A program made the translations under genes and the position numbers. Shown in pieces: positions 39,914 through 52,000 of a DNA stretch of 64,000 nt. The stretch is from IMG/VR virus record IMGVR_UViG_3300032820_000002. One strand, given 5' to 3'. The stretch's first letter is position 1, and every line of letters starts with the position of its first letter. This DNA is from an uncultured virus (IMG/VR IMGVR_UViG_3300032820_000002) (Duplodnaviria; Heunggongvirae; Uroviricota; Caudoviricetes). The notes under the pieces were generated by a model, which was not told where the DNA came from, did not search any database, and saw only the letters and a program-made list of their open reading frames with translations.

Positions 39914-41020
39914 ATGGCAAAATTATCAACTTTATTAGGCGCAAAAGAAGCTATAGCAGGGGATGTCACTGAAACCAATTTAGAAAGTGGTAGAATATGG
40001 GGCTACGATCCAGCTAACTTTGGCGAATTTGCTACAGGCGGACGCTGGTTTGGTTGCCAACTTACTGATGATGATCAGAAAGTAGCAACTGTTGAAGTTG
40101 AAGCTTGGGGTCCTGGAGGACGCGGCAGTGCATGTCTATGCTGTTGTGGTGGTGGCGTAGGCGGAAACCCAGGTGCTTATATAAAATTTACTGCTAAAAC
40201 AACACGTTTTGGTTGGATGTGCTTTACTGGTATGAGATCCTGTAACAGCGGTGGCAACTGTATGTGTGGTGGCTGCGGAACTTCAACTTGTATTCAGATT
40301 TGTCCTCGTTGTACAAGCGGAACATGTTCTGATTTTGGATGTGCTTGTGTATGTGTACAACCTGGCGAAAGTGGTTCGTCTTTTTGTCATAATGCCAACT
40401 CAATGATGTGTTGCTTAGGTCAAGTAGGTTTTTGTATTACGCCAGGCTTTACGCCATGGGATGGTGCCGGTGGTGCTAGCGCAGGTTGCGGATATGTTTG
40501 TAATATGGGTAATGGTTCTGGGCCTACTTTAAATTTTGCAGACTCCGATCACGGATTGCCTCATGCATATTACTCAGACGCTTCAGGTAAAGGTGCTGTT
40601 TCAGGAGTTACTTGCTGTGATCCAGGACTTGATAGAGTAGCATGTATCTTTTATGGACATTGCAACTCTTGTTGCTGGCAATGCTTTACACAATTTCTTA
40701 AATCTAACGTAAACAGATATTCCACCGATGGAGCAGAATTACGGCTGAGTCATCGATTTGGTAGTGCTGTTTCTTATTATGGAGATGCAATGCATACTGC
40801 AATGATGGTTCAACAAGGACTTACTAGATCCCCAGGACACTTTCCATGGACTGCTTGTTGGGGACCAATGGGCTTGTGTCAGTGTTATGAATGGTCAGGG
40901 TGTGTTCCTTGGATGGCTCCAACCTTACCAGCGCCTGCTTCGTTTGCCTGCTCTGGTGTTAGAACACATGGATACACAGGTGGATTTGGGGTAGTAAGAA
41001 TTAAATATTATGGAGGTTAA
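39914..41020 (+). CDS. Cys/Gly-rich putative receptor-binding protein 3
   Basis: About 35 Cys in 368 aa (hand count); VEAWGPGG, CLCCC, CW...LCQCYE..GC, GGFGVVRI. Confidence 0.7.
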   Translation: MAKLSTLLGAKEAIAGDVTETNLESGRIWGYDPANFGEFATGGRWFGCQLTDDDQKVATVEVEAWGPGGRGSACLCCCGGGVGGNPGAYIKFTAKTTRFGWMCFTGMRSCNSGGNCMCGGCGTSTCIQICPRCTSGTCSDFGCACVCVQPGESGSSFCHNANSMMCCLGQVGFCITPGFTPWDGAGGASAGCGYVCNMGNGSGPTLNFADSDHGLPHAYYSDASGKGAVSGVTCCDPGLDRVACIFYGHCNSCCWQCFTQFLKSNVNRYSTDGAELRLSHRFGSAVSYYGDAMHTAMMVQQGLTRSPGHFPWTACWGPMGLCQCYEWSGCVPWMAPTLPAPASFACSGVRTHGYTGGFGVVRIKYYGG

Positions 41021-41077
41021 TCCATAATTAATATATAATATGATTTAAAAAGACTAAATAACTAAGGAAGAAAGAAA

Positions 41078-41767
41078 ATGCCAGCAAAGAAAAAATTTAC
41101 ATTTAACCTGCCAGATGAACCTTGGATTCAGACACGCAATAAAAATTTAACAGTAGACTTGGTTTATAAGGGAGCGCGATATCATATTTTTAGTGTAGAT
41201 AATGCTACTAAAAAAGTATGGGCAGTAGAATGGTCAGGCGATGACAAAGCATACGGCGGAGATCCTGCAGAATTTGTTCATGAAGGTCATAGTTTTTATC
41301 TATTAGCTTCAAATGAAGACCCTGCGGCTGCTGCTTATTTGACCGGGGATGATTGGGTTGTTACACCAATTCCAGATTATGTAGCTGAGATTCCAAATCA
41401 TCCAGATGACGATGACGGAAATCCAGTTGAAAACGACGATTATGAATATACGTATCCAACAACCGGAATAGTTCAACATTGTTATAAACATGCAGAGGGT
41501 TTTGTTTATGATGCAGATACAAATACATTTACATATCCCGACTATGCTGATCATAGTGAAGTAGTTTCAAAAGAAGAACTTTTTAAAGGTTTTAATGAAA
41601 TTTGCATGAATATTGAAGCAGCATTAGCTGATCCTGATAAAGATTTAGATCCAGAAGATAAAGTAGAACTAGAAGCTCATTGCAAATGGCTCAAAGCTGC
41701 ACCTACAGTATTTGCAGATGTTGATACTTGGAAAATACCTTATCCACAAATTCCATCTTTTGATTAA
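41078..41767 (+). CDS. Acidic protein, possible tail-fibre assembly chaperone
   Basis: C-terminus ELEAHCKWLKAAP...WKIPYPQIP resembles Tfa-type chaperone ends; follows the Cys-rich trio. Confidence 0.45.
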   Translation: MPAKKKFTFNLPDEPWIQTRNKNLTVDLVYKGARYHIFSVDNATKKVWAVEWSGDDKAYGGDPAEFVHEGHSFYLLASNEDPAAAAYLTGDDWVVTPIPDYVAEIPNHPDDDDGNPVENDDYEYTYPTTGIVQHCYKHAEGFVYDADTNTFTYPDYADHSEVVSKEELFKGFNEICMNIEAALADPDKDLDPEDKVELEAHCKWLKAAPTVFADVDTWKIPYPQIPSFD

Positions 41768-41841
41768 ATAATTTCAAAAACATATAACGCCCTTAATCTT
41801 ATCTATAAGTAGTTATAACTACTTACACTAAGGGGAAATAG

Positions 41842-42789
41842 ATGAGATCAAGGGCTTTTTTTGTGAATGGAGGTTATGGTAGAACTGTCTGTTCTATTCC
41901 CGCATTCGAAGCATATGAAAAGGAATCAGATGATTCTGACTTTATTATAGTTTGTGAAGGAGGTACTGATGCATTCAAGGGACATCCTTTGTTGGATGAT
42001 CGAACATATGACAATTGGCATAAAAATTTATTTAAAGAAAAACTTGTAAATAGAGATATTATTACTACCGAACCTTATCGAATATGGGAATATTATAATC
42101 AAAAATGTAATTTAACACAAGGTTTTGATATACAAATTAATAATAAAGGAATTAGAAACCTTCCTAAACCTAAAATGTATCTTTCAAAAGAAGAATTGTT
42201 AGTTGGTAGACAATTAATTAATCAAGTAAAAGAAAAAGTAAAAAAAGAAAAAATTATTATTATCCAGCCCTTCGGAAGGGGAATTCAGCATATAGATAAT
42301 TCTTTTGTAGATAATACCGGCCGTAGTATTGAATTTAAAGATTTCAAAACATTAATTAAAAAATTACAAGAACACGATTTTGGAGTAATAGTTATGGCTG
42401 AAATGGGTTTTGATTTTTCTAAAGATAATTTCAAAGATGAAGTTGCTATGCCAGAAAGTGTTTCATTACGACACTGGACTGCTGCTATTAAATTTGCTAA
42501 TCATTTTATAGGTTGTGACAGCGTAGGACAACATTTATCATATATAGTTGAGACACCTACAACCGTTATTGTTGGACCTACTTTCCCTATAAATATATCT
42601 TATCCAGATTGCGATTTCTTTAATATTGTTGATTTAGGAATGAAAGGTAGAGTATACGATCCTATTAGAATTATGCCAGATGAAGCTACTGCTAGACATA
42701 ATGAAAATTTAATGACAATGACTTCTGATATTCAAGATTATGTTATTGATAGAGTATTAGGAAAACCGGAAGACGACGATGCCGAATAA
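41842..42789 (+). CDS. Glycosyltransferase, GT9/heptosyltransferase-like
   Basis: GGYGRTVC.IPA, IIIQPFG, W.AAIK.A.HFIGCDSVGQH. Confidence 0.75.
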   Translation: MRSRAFFVNGGYGRTVCSIPAFEAYEKESDDSDFIIVCEGGTDAFKGHPLLDDRTYDNWHKNLFKEKLVNRDIITTEPYRIWEYYNQKCNLTQGFDIQINNKGIRNLPKPKMYLSKEELLVGRQLINQVKEKVKKEKIIIIQPFGRGIQHIDNSFVDNTGRSIEFKDFKTLIKKLQEHDFGVIVMAEMGFDFSKDNFKDEVAMPESVSLRHWTAAIKFANHFIGCDSVGQHLSYIVETPTTVIVGPTFPINISYPDCDFFNIVDLGMKGRVYDPIRIMPDEATARHNENLMTMTSDIQDYVIDRVLGKPEDDDAE

Positions 42790-44710
42790 GCCTGTATGGA
42801 TTGCTGGAATTGCTAGAGGTCACAATGCAGGAATCTGTCTACTTAAAGATGGTGAAATTGTTTTTTCTATCGAAGAAGAACGATTTACACGGACTAAGTA
42901 TGATGGAGGTCCACTTGCTTCTATAGTTAAAGTTTTAGAGTATACTGATAAACTAGATTATCTTGTTGTAGCACATACTACTAGTCTTAGTCAAGCCAAT
43001 GGAGCAATAGAATTTACAGGCGAGAATGTATATACAGGCTTAGCTAGCAAACTAGGATTAATAGATCGAAAAAAGGATTTACAGAATCATCCGCAAGTTG
43101 TAGATTTAAGTCATGTACATCATAAATTGCATGCTGCTTGTGCTTTTTATCGATCAGGATTTGAATCTGCTATTGGAATAGTAGTTGATGGTGCAGGAAC
43201 ATTTATACCATTATCCATTGGAGGCGAGGAAACAATGGCTTTTGAAACTGAAACAATATTTGAATGTTCTTATCCTGGAAATTTTAAAACTTTATTAAGA
43301 CACTTAGGAACTAGGGGTCCTCATCAAGGAGGAATAGTTTTAACACCTGACGGCGAAACTGATCATAAATATCCAACAATAGTATCTGATCGAGCTGGAA
43401 TTACAAAAGTCTATGAAGCTGTAACGCAATATTGTGGGTTTCAAGCCATTGAAGCAGGAAAAACTATGGGTTTATTTCCTTATGGAGTACCTAACGATAA
43501 TATTCCTACGTTGTTTGATAAGGATGTAATAACACCGTTTCCTTTATCAAATAGAAATTTAATAATTCCTACATATCCAAATGCAGCTTGGATAAATGAC
43601 GAGATGTATTCAGAATTAAACGAAAAACAACCAGTTTATAGTCGTGTCCCTCAAGAACAACATCAATTATACGGTACTGCATCAGCAATAACAAGTGGTG
43701 GGTCTGAAGATTTAACAGACGCAACAATCAAAAGTAGCACACAACACAATGACGGTGGACAACCGCTAGGTGAAATTGATGTAACTTTATTACAAAATCG
43801 AAGAGATTTAGCATATGCATGTCAAATACAAACTCAAGAACAGGTAGCTAACATTATTAGATATGCATTTGAAACAACTAAACAAAAAAATATTGTAATT
43901 AGTGGAGGTTATGGTTTAAATTGTGTTGCTAATTATTATTATTTGGATGCATTAAAGGATTTAGATTTAAACATTTATGTAGAACCTGTTTCAAATGATG
44001 CTGGAACTGCAATGGGAGCAGCTTTTCTTTTTCATAAAACTTTAACAAACGATCATGTACCAATGCCTCGGCAAAATATTTTATTCTTAGGACCTAAGTA
44101 TAAATTTAATACACAACAACTTAAATCTATAGCTAAAGAATATAATGCAGATACCGAAACATGTACTAATGAAAAAATTATAGAATTAATTACTTCAAAA
44201 AATATTGTTGCAATTTTTCAAGGCCGAAGTGAAAATGGTCCACGAGCATTGGGGAATCGAAGTCTTATATTTGATCCTACATTTAAGGATGGAAAAGAAC
44301 ATGTTAATCAAGTAAAACGTAGAGAATATTTCCGCCCCTTTGCTGGATCAATTTTAGAAGACGATGTACATGAATGGTTTGATTTACGAGGTATGGAATC
44401 ATCACCTACTATGATGTATGCTGTAAATTGTAAAGAAGGCGTTGCTGAAAAAATTCCTTCAATTATTCATGTTGATGGAACTTGTCGCATTCAAACAGTT
44501 AATAGAGAACAAAATAGTTTATACTACGATATAATAAAATGCTTTAAAGATAAAACAGGCATTCCTATTATTTTTAATACTAGCTTTAATTTAGGAGGAG
44601 AACCTTTAGTAGAAACATTACAAGATGCACTCCGAACACTTCGTGATAGTGATCTTGAATATTTATACTTACCTGAATACGAATTTCTATTTACGGTAAA
44701 GAACGAATAA
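42779..44710 (+). CDS. O-carbamoyltransferase (NodU/CmcH/TobZ family)
   Basis: HNAG, EEERFTR.K, HHKLHA, VVDGAG, AGKTMGL, SGG.GLNC.AN, E.GPRALGNRS, RPFA, NTSFN. Confidence 0.95.
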   Translation: MPNKPVWIAGIARGHNAGICLLKDGEIVFSIEEERFTRTKYDGGPLASIVKVLEYTDKLDYLVVAHTTSLSQANGAIEFTGENVYTGLASKLGLIDRKKDLQNHPQVVDLSHVHHKLHAACAFYRSGFESAIGIVVDGAGTFIPLSIGGEETMAFETETIFECSYPGNFKTLLRHLGTRGPHQGGIVLTPDGETDHKYPTIVSDRAGITKVYEAVTQYCGFQAIEAGKTMGLFPYGVPNDNIPTLFDKDVITPFPLSNRNLIIPTYPNAAWINDEMYSELNEKQPVYSRVPQEQHQLYGTASAITSGGSEDLTDATIKSSTQHNDGGQPLGEIDVTLLQNRRDLAYACQIQTQEQVANIIRYAFETTKQKNIVISGGYGLNCVANYYYLDALKDLDLNIYVEPVSNDAGTAMGAAFLFHKTLTNDHVPMPRQNILFLGPKYKFNTQQLKSIAKEYNADTETCTNEKIIELITSKNIVAIFQGRSENGPRALGNRSLIFDPTFKDGKEHVNQVKRREYFRPFAGSILEDDVHEWFDLRGMESSPTMMYAVNCKEGVAEKIPSIIHVDGTCRIQTVNREQNSLYYDIIKCFKDKTGIPIIFNTSFNLGGEPLVETLQDALRTLRDSDLEYLYLPEYEFLFTVKNE

Positions 44711-44720
44711 ATATGTTATA

Positions 44721-45122
44721 ATGTTTAATTTGACTAAATTTTTTAACAAAGGTCTTAAAGATAGTGTTTTATTCTTATCAAATGGTGCAATATCTCACAA
44801 TGGCCCATGGAAACAAATCTATGCAAATACCCTTGTAGATAGGTTTTATGTTGGAGACTTTTCTGCTGCAGAATATACTATTTCAGTAGACTTTGATAAC
44901 GATAACAAAGAATTAATTAAATTATTAGTAACTGCTAGTATAAGTGAAGCTAGTATTATTATATACGCTCGAAACAATCTAGGTACAGATCTTGTAGAAT
45001 TAAGTGCTTCTGTCAACGAAAGCTATGTTGATATTATAGCAAATCCTACAGCCGGTAAAGACGGTTCTAAAATTATATACACTGTACAGTATTTCCAAAA
45101 TCAAAATCCACTAATACTCTAA
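44721..45122 (+). CDS. Hypothetical virion protein
   Basis: 133 aa, late promoter immediately upstream. Confidence 0.7.
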   Translation: MFNLTKFFNKGLKDSVLFLSNGAISHNGPWKQIYANTLVDRFYVGDFSAAEYTISVDFDNDNKELIKLLVTASISEASIIIYARNNLGTDLVELSASVNESYVDIIANPTAGKDGSKIIYTVQYFQNQNPLIL

Positions 45123-45175
45123 TCCTCTAACATCTATAATATGATAAATATGTTTATTAAGAGGATTATGATATT

Positions 45176-46078
45176 ATGGCTACAGTTACAAATACTGCGT
45201 TAAAATCAAAATATGGGTTTTCAAGTAATGGGTTTTCTGTAGATGTAAATGGTAATATAACAGCTAGAACATTAGTACAAACAGGTGCTGATATTGATCC
45301 TGGGCAACCCGCAGATTTTACAGTAGCCGAAAACGGAGGAGGCACAGCTTGGACTTTAGCTCCTTCTGTAGGAGAAAATCCTACAATAGCATTGTCTAGA
45401 GGTACATCTTATATAATAGATCTATCATTAACTACGACAGCATTTTATATATATGATTCTACTCCAGCTCAATATTCTACTGGTTTAACACATTCTACTG
45501 GAGTTTCAGGAACAGATGCACAAGGATTAAGTACAGGAAGAATGGTTTTTTCTATAGCAACAACTGCTCCTGATACATTAACTTATAGAAATTTATCAGG
45601 AACTATTTCAGGTTTAATTAATGTAATAGACCCTGCAGGACGATTTGATACTTTAACAGTAAATGGTTCAACAATTTCTACAGATACTATTACAGGAGCA
45701 TTAACAGTTGCTGGTGGTGTAGGATTTGGAAGCAATTTAAATTTAGGTACTAATTTAAATTTAGGAGGTGATGTTACTGCAACAGGAAACATTATTTCTC
45801 CAAAAATATATCATGATTCTATTTTAACTGTTGAAGGAGAAACTTCAATAGCTATTAAAATAGCAGACACATCTGTAGGTACAGTACTTTCAACTGGATT
45901 GAGTATTCCTATAAATAATAGTAATATAAACAGTACTGTTATAGGAGACGTAACACCTTCTACCGCAAGTTTTACTTCTACTACAATTTCAGACGCTCCG
46001 ACTACATTAACGTCAGGAACGAATAAGAAATATGTAGATGAAACTGCTACAGCATTATCAATAGCATTTGGATTTTAA
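45176..46078 (+). CDS. Fibre-like structural protein
   Basis: NPTI.L.RG module, TGALTVAGGVG, NKKYVD..A.ALSIAFG C-terminus. Confidence 0.7.
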   Translation: MATVTNTALKSKYGFSSNGFSVDVNGNITARTLVQTGADIDPGQPADFTVAENGGGTAWTLAPSVGENPTIALSRGTSYIIDLSLTTTAFYIYDSTPAQYSTGLTHSTGVSGTDAQGLSTGRMVFSIATTAPDTLTYRNLSGTISGLINVIDPAGRFDTLTVNGSTISTDTITGALTVAGGVGFGSNLNLGTNLNLGGDVTATGNIISPKIYHDSILTVEGETSIAIKIADTSVGTVLSTGLSIPINNSNINSTVIGDVTPSTASFTSTTISDAPTTLTSGTNKKYVDETATALSIAFGF

Positions 46079-46083
46079 ATAAT

Positions 46084-49000
46084 ATGGCAAAAAAACAATT
46101 AAAAGACTACGTATTTAGACCAGGCGTCGGAGCAACTTCTTATGTTTATCCAGATGGTTATAGCTTATTAAATAGCAACAAAGAATTTATACAAAAAGAA
46201 TCTTCAGCCTGGATAGCAACACAAGTTGCTGCTGCAAATACATACTCTTATGCAGAAACAGTATTAACAGCAAATAAAAATTTTATAGCAGACGAAGCAG
46301 TAGCTTGGTTTGACGCTAATAACCCTGGTATACATAATGATACACGTCATGAAAAATGCGAACGTGATACGAAATATAATATTGATGCAATTGTAGCAGA
46401 TCTTCATACTGGAGGTAATTCAGAAACTATTGCTACAGTAAAAAAGTATTGGGAAGGTGCTAGTTCTCAATTAGGCGCAGGGGAAGTAACATATGCCTTG
46501 TCTGTGAATAACAAAGTAGAAGAAATTATTAATGATTATGTTCTTACTAATAAAGCATATACAACTGGTCAATCAGGTCACGGATTAGCAGCTTCAGATA
46601 CTGTAAACTTATTTGGTATTAAAACTAATTGTCAATTTGGAGATAAAGTTTATCCTCAAATTCCATTTTCAGGAATGTTTAGGATAACTAAAGTACCTGA
46701 TGCTAATACTGTAGAATTTTTCCTACCAACTAGTGAAATAGATCATGTTTATGTTGCTGGCGGGCAAATATTCTTAGCAGCTCCTACAAATGTAGGCGGT
46801 GCAACAAATATTAGTACTTTTGAATTTGATAATACAACAGGTCTTACTACTATAGGATCAAATGTACATGGTTTAGCAGTAGGTGATGCAGTTCAACTAG
46901 AAAATATTACAGTTTCTTGTCTTTACGGAAGTAAAGTTTATCCAGATACCTCAACTACTTCTGGTATATTTGTAGTTTATGATGTAATTGATAACGATAC
47001 ATTTGTTATTGGAATGGACAAAAGTAAAATTGTACATACCTATGTTAGTGGTGGCACAGTACAAAAAGTTAACGTACCCGTAAGTGGTGCTGTTAATATA
47101 ACTGGCTTTATATTTGATCGGGTTCAAGGCATAGGTAGAATTACAGCAGCAGCTCATGGTAGAACTGTAGGAGATATGATTGAAGTCGAAAATGTTAACT
47201 TTACTTGTTCTTTAGGAGCAAAAACATATCCAGTAACTTCAAACACTACAGCATTTACTGTTAGATCACAAAACTTGTCCACAACAACATTTGAAGTAGA
47301 TATTGGAACAAGTGGTGTTACTCAAACTTATGTTAGTGGTGGCATTGTAGTTAAATCAGGAGGGGCTAGATTGCCAGTTTCTGATTTTAATTATAATACT
47401 GTAACAGGTATTGCTACAATTACTACAGCAACAAGCCAAACAATTAATGCAAATACTGTATCAGCTGCAACATATACACCTGCAACAGGTGTAATGGTGT
47501 TAACTATTGGAGCACACAGTTATGAATTAAATGACTATATTATGATTGCTCCAGAAAGTTTAACTTTTACTTGCGATCTAGATAGCCACGCTACTCAACA
47601 TAGCTATCCACGGGCAACTGGTTCATCTGCACCTGGTGGGAAGGATTATGCTTATAATACACCTGTTAAAATTACAGCCACAGGAGCAACAACAATTACT
47701 GTAAATGTTGGTATATCAAGTGATACATCTACACATACATTTGTAAGTGCTACTGCTGGTGGTATATCAGAAAGCGATTCTAATAGTGCAGCAGATAGAG
47801 TAAAGTATCTAATAGGAATTATTAATGATGTTACTGAAAATGGCTTAGACGCTATTCCTACAGGTCAAATTTATAGTGTATCGGCTGCAACATATACACC
47901 TACAACAGGATCTATGCAATTAACTATTGGGTCACACGGTTATCAAATTGGTGACACTATTAGGATTGCTACAGAAAGTTTAACATTCACTTGTGCCAAA
48001 GATGGCCACGGTACTCAACATAGCTATCCAAGAGCTTCTGGAAGTACCGCACCAAGTGGAGCTGACTATGCCTATAATTCACTAGTGTTTATTACAGCCA
48101 TTGGAGCAGCAACTATTACTGTAGATGTAGGTATATCAAGTGATACATCAACACATACATTTGTAAGTGCCACTGCTGGTTGTATAACATCACCTCCCGC
48201 AACTAATAGTGTATCAACTGCAACATATACACCAGCAACAGGAGAAATGCAGTTAACTATTGGAACACACAGTTACACAGTTGGTAGCTCTATTAGAATT
48301 GCTCCAGCAAGTTTAACTTTTACTTGTGCTTTAGATAGTCATGCTAGTAATCATACATATCCAAGAGCAACAGGTTCATCCGCGCCAGGTGGAAAGGATT
48401 ATGCATATAATGCGCCGCTTGAAATTTCAGTAGTAAATGGCGATACAATTACTGTAAATGTTGGTATATCAAGTGATACATCAGTACATACATTTGTAAG
48501 TGCTACTGCTAATTGTATAACAAGCGATTCGTCTGCTTGGTCAAATTTTAGTTATGTTGTTGCTACATGTGAACGAGATGTAGGATATCTTCTTGATGCA
48601 TACTTATATGATTTACGATATGGAGGTACTGCCGAAACATGTAAAATTATAGGATTTTATTGGGACGAAGAAGTAGCCCAAATAGATGGCAACCGTCTAC
48701 CAGAAATTAATACTCATGAATTTATACGAGATCTTATTAATAATTATGTTCTTACTAATACAGCATATTCAACAACTCAATCAACTGCGTCTCAAGTTAT
48801 TGATCTTTCAAAAACTACAGAAGCCAATGTAACTTCTCGAATTACTTCTTTAACAGGAATTGTAATTAACGTTATCACAAATGGGTTAACTGCATTACCA
48901 GGAATAACACCAACAGGTGTAGGCACAATACGAATTCAAGGACGTTGGGATCAAGACAACCTTTTATTAATTACTAATACTACAGATAATATCACAATTT

Positions 49001-52000
49001 ATAATTTTGTTACTCCTGAATTAGGTGGAATCTGTAGTTATAAAGCGGGTGGGGATGATACAGATTTTCCAAGATATTTACAAGTTACAGATACTATAAC
49101 TACAATAACACTTAATACAGATACATCTACACAAGCAGGAACAGACGATTTACAAATCTTTGTAGAAGAAGAAAAAGAAAGTGCAATCAAAACAGACGCT
49201 ATTGAACGTGATCGCGTATCAACAGCGTTAGCTATGCTTGATGCTGACTTTGAATATGGCCTACAGCCTACTAAATGGAGTGCTATTGGAGTATTAAGAG
49301 GTTATCCTAGCATATATGAAATACCAGGCACTAATACAGAAGTTTATAATATAACATCTGATGCAAGTTCGGGAACAGGCGGTGTTGGACAAAGTTTAGT
49401 TACTGTAACAACACAAGGTCCTCATGGATTTATAGAAACAGATCCTGTTACTGTTAAAGCATTAGAAAATTCAGTTGCAGGTGCATCTAGAGCAGAAGGG
49501 TCTTTTGTAATAACTACTGTTCCTACATCAACTTCATTTACATATTATTCTAAAGCAAAAGTAGGTACTAGTAATGGCGATGTCTTATTAACTTCTTATA
49601 CACAATTAAGAAAAGCAGCATTTTATACAGGAGCATCAATTGGAAGTCCAACTTTTTCAGTAGCAACCCAAGGTAGTGGTGGAACAATGACTGTAGAATT
49701 AGATGTTCCTTCTGGTAATACAATAATTCCTTATGATGGGCAAACTCCAGGAACAGGTTCTCCATTAGTTAGTGCAAGTATTCCAACAGGTTCACAAGTA
49801 ACAGGATCTATAGAACAATCAGCAGGTGGCGGAACATATTTAACTCCAGAAATATCAGGAGATTATATATCAGGAACATCTTCTATAACATTTGTTGATT
49901 CAACTGGTATATTAGTAAACCTAGGAGCTGATTCAGGAAACGGAACAGTTACATATGTCGAAACTGTTAATCATCCTAGCAATACTATTACTCTTACATC
50001 ACCATTAACTAGTTCTTTAATAGGAAATACTACTGTATATTCTAGTATTACAGGAACTAACGTAGCACCTATTGGTACAAATGTTGAAGTTAGTATTGAT
50101 AATACAGCAACAACTTATTCTGTTACAGGCATTACTACCCCAGGTAATGACTATTCTGTAGGTGATAATTTACAGATACCAGGTACTGCATTAGGTGGCA
50201 TTAACGTTGTTAATGATTTAAAATTAAGAGTTGCAACTCTTACAGGGGCAAGCGGTGGAATAGCTTCTTTAGATGTTATTACACCAAATACAGGATTTAA
50301 TGGCACTCATACTTTTACTGATGTACCAGCAGCAAATGTAGGCGGTAGTGGTACTGGCGCTGTTTTTGATGTAGTGTACGAAGATACTGTTTTTACTTCT
50401 GTAACACTAGCAGCAAGTTCTGTTGATGTTAACTTTACAGTTAATGATAGACTTGTTATTACAGGAACAACATTAAGTACTGCTGGTGTAGATCTTGTAA
50501 ATGATTTAGTTATACTTGTTACAGGTGTAGGTGGTGGCGGTGATATAACTGGTTTTACTTTTAGTGGTCTTGCTCCTCATGCACAACAAATATATAATAA
50601 TCCACAATGGACAACATCGGGCGGCGGCAGCCAAATTCTTTTCGAAGTAACAAGAACAGGCCAAGGCGATAGTGCTGGCAGTTCAATTGGAATATATTCA
50701 CTTCAATTTACAGATTATGGAACAGGCTTTGCTAATTCAGATACAATTGATATAGCAGGTGTAGAATTAGGAGGCGATTCTTCTGCTACTTATGATTTAG
50801 AAATTACAGTTACTGGTGTTGATGGATCAGGAACAATTACAGCATATTCCCCTGTAGGTCTTGCTGTTAATACCGATACAAAATTAAATATTAATGCTAA
50901 TGCATTAATTGGATCGGGAGTTGAATTTACTGTTGATATAGCTGGGGGGAATTATACTGTTACAGGGCCATTTACTCCAAATGGAGGTGTTGGTTACGGT
51001 GTTGGTCAAGAACTTCTCATAGCAGGAAATTTATTATTAGGAACATCTCCAGCAAATGATTTAACAATAACTGTTACAAGTGTTGTTGCTGACGATTCCA
51101 CTGGACGCGGCGAAGTCCTTACTTATACTAGTGCAGGATCTGCTGTAACAAACACTGGTTCATTTACAGGTATTCAACCAAGTACTGTACCTGGAAGTGG
51201 AAGCGGCGCATTATTTCAAATTACTAGAGCCAATACTGTATATTCAATTACTGCATATGAAAATTCAACAGGTTATACAATAGGTGATAGGTTATCAATT
51301 GCAGGTACTTTATTAGGAGGTGGTACTCCTGCTCACGATTTAATTCTGCGAGTAACTAGTGTAGCTGGCGGAAATGTAATTGATGGAGCAACAATAGAAT
51401 CTGGTGTCGGTACGCCAGGAAGTATCTTTGATCTTATATGTACTTTTACAATGACAGAAGCATCAAGTAGTATATTAGTAAAAGGTGCTAGTGTTGTATT
51501 TGAAGCATTAGCTTCCATCACAATAGATTTTCCATATGCTCATGGCTTAGTTCCAGGCAGTAGTTTTATTACTACTATTACATCCGATGATGCTTCTAAC
51601 AATCATACTCTTGCAGCCGGTTCTACAAGAGCAACAAATATTCCAACTGAAAAACAATTAACATATCAAGCTAGATCGGGTGGCGTAATAGATGTATCAG
51701 GAGGTGATATTATTGGATACGTATATCCAAGACCAGATTCATTCTTTGTACATAGACCGTTTGATGGAGGAGTAATGTTAGGAACAGGTGGTCCCCAACA
51801 TGCTGCTCAAGCCATTCGTCAAAGTAAAAAATATCTTAGATATCAATCAGGTAAAGGTGTTATGTATACTACTGGTGCAATGTTTGCACCAAGTTATGAA
51901 TTAAAATCTGTAACAGCAGACAGCCTCGAAGTTAATGCATTGATTACCGTAGTTACAGATGATAACGATCACGGAGTACAAATAGGTGGTATAATAAGAC

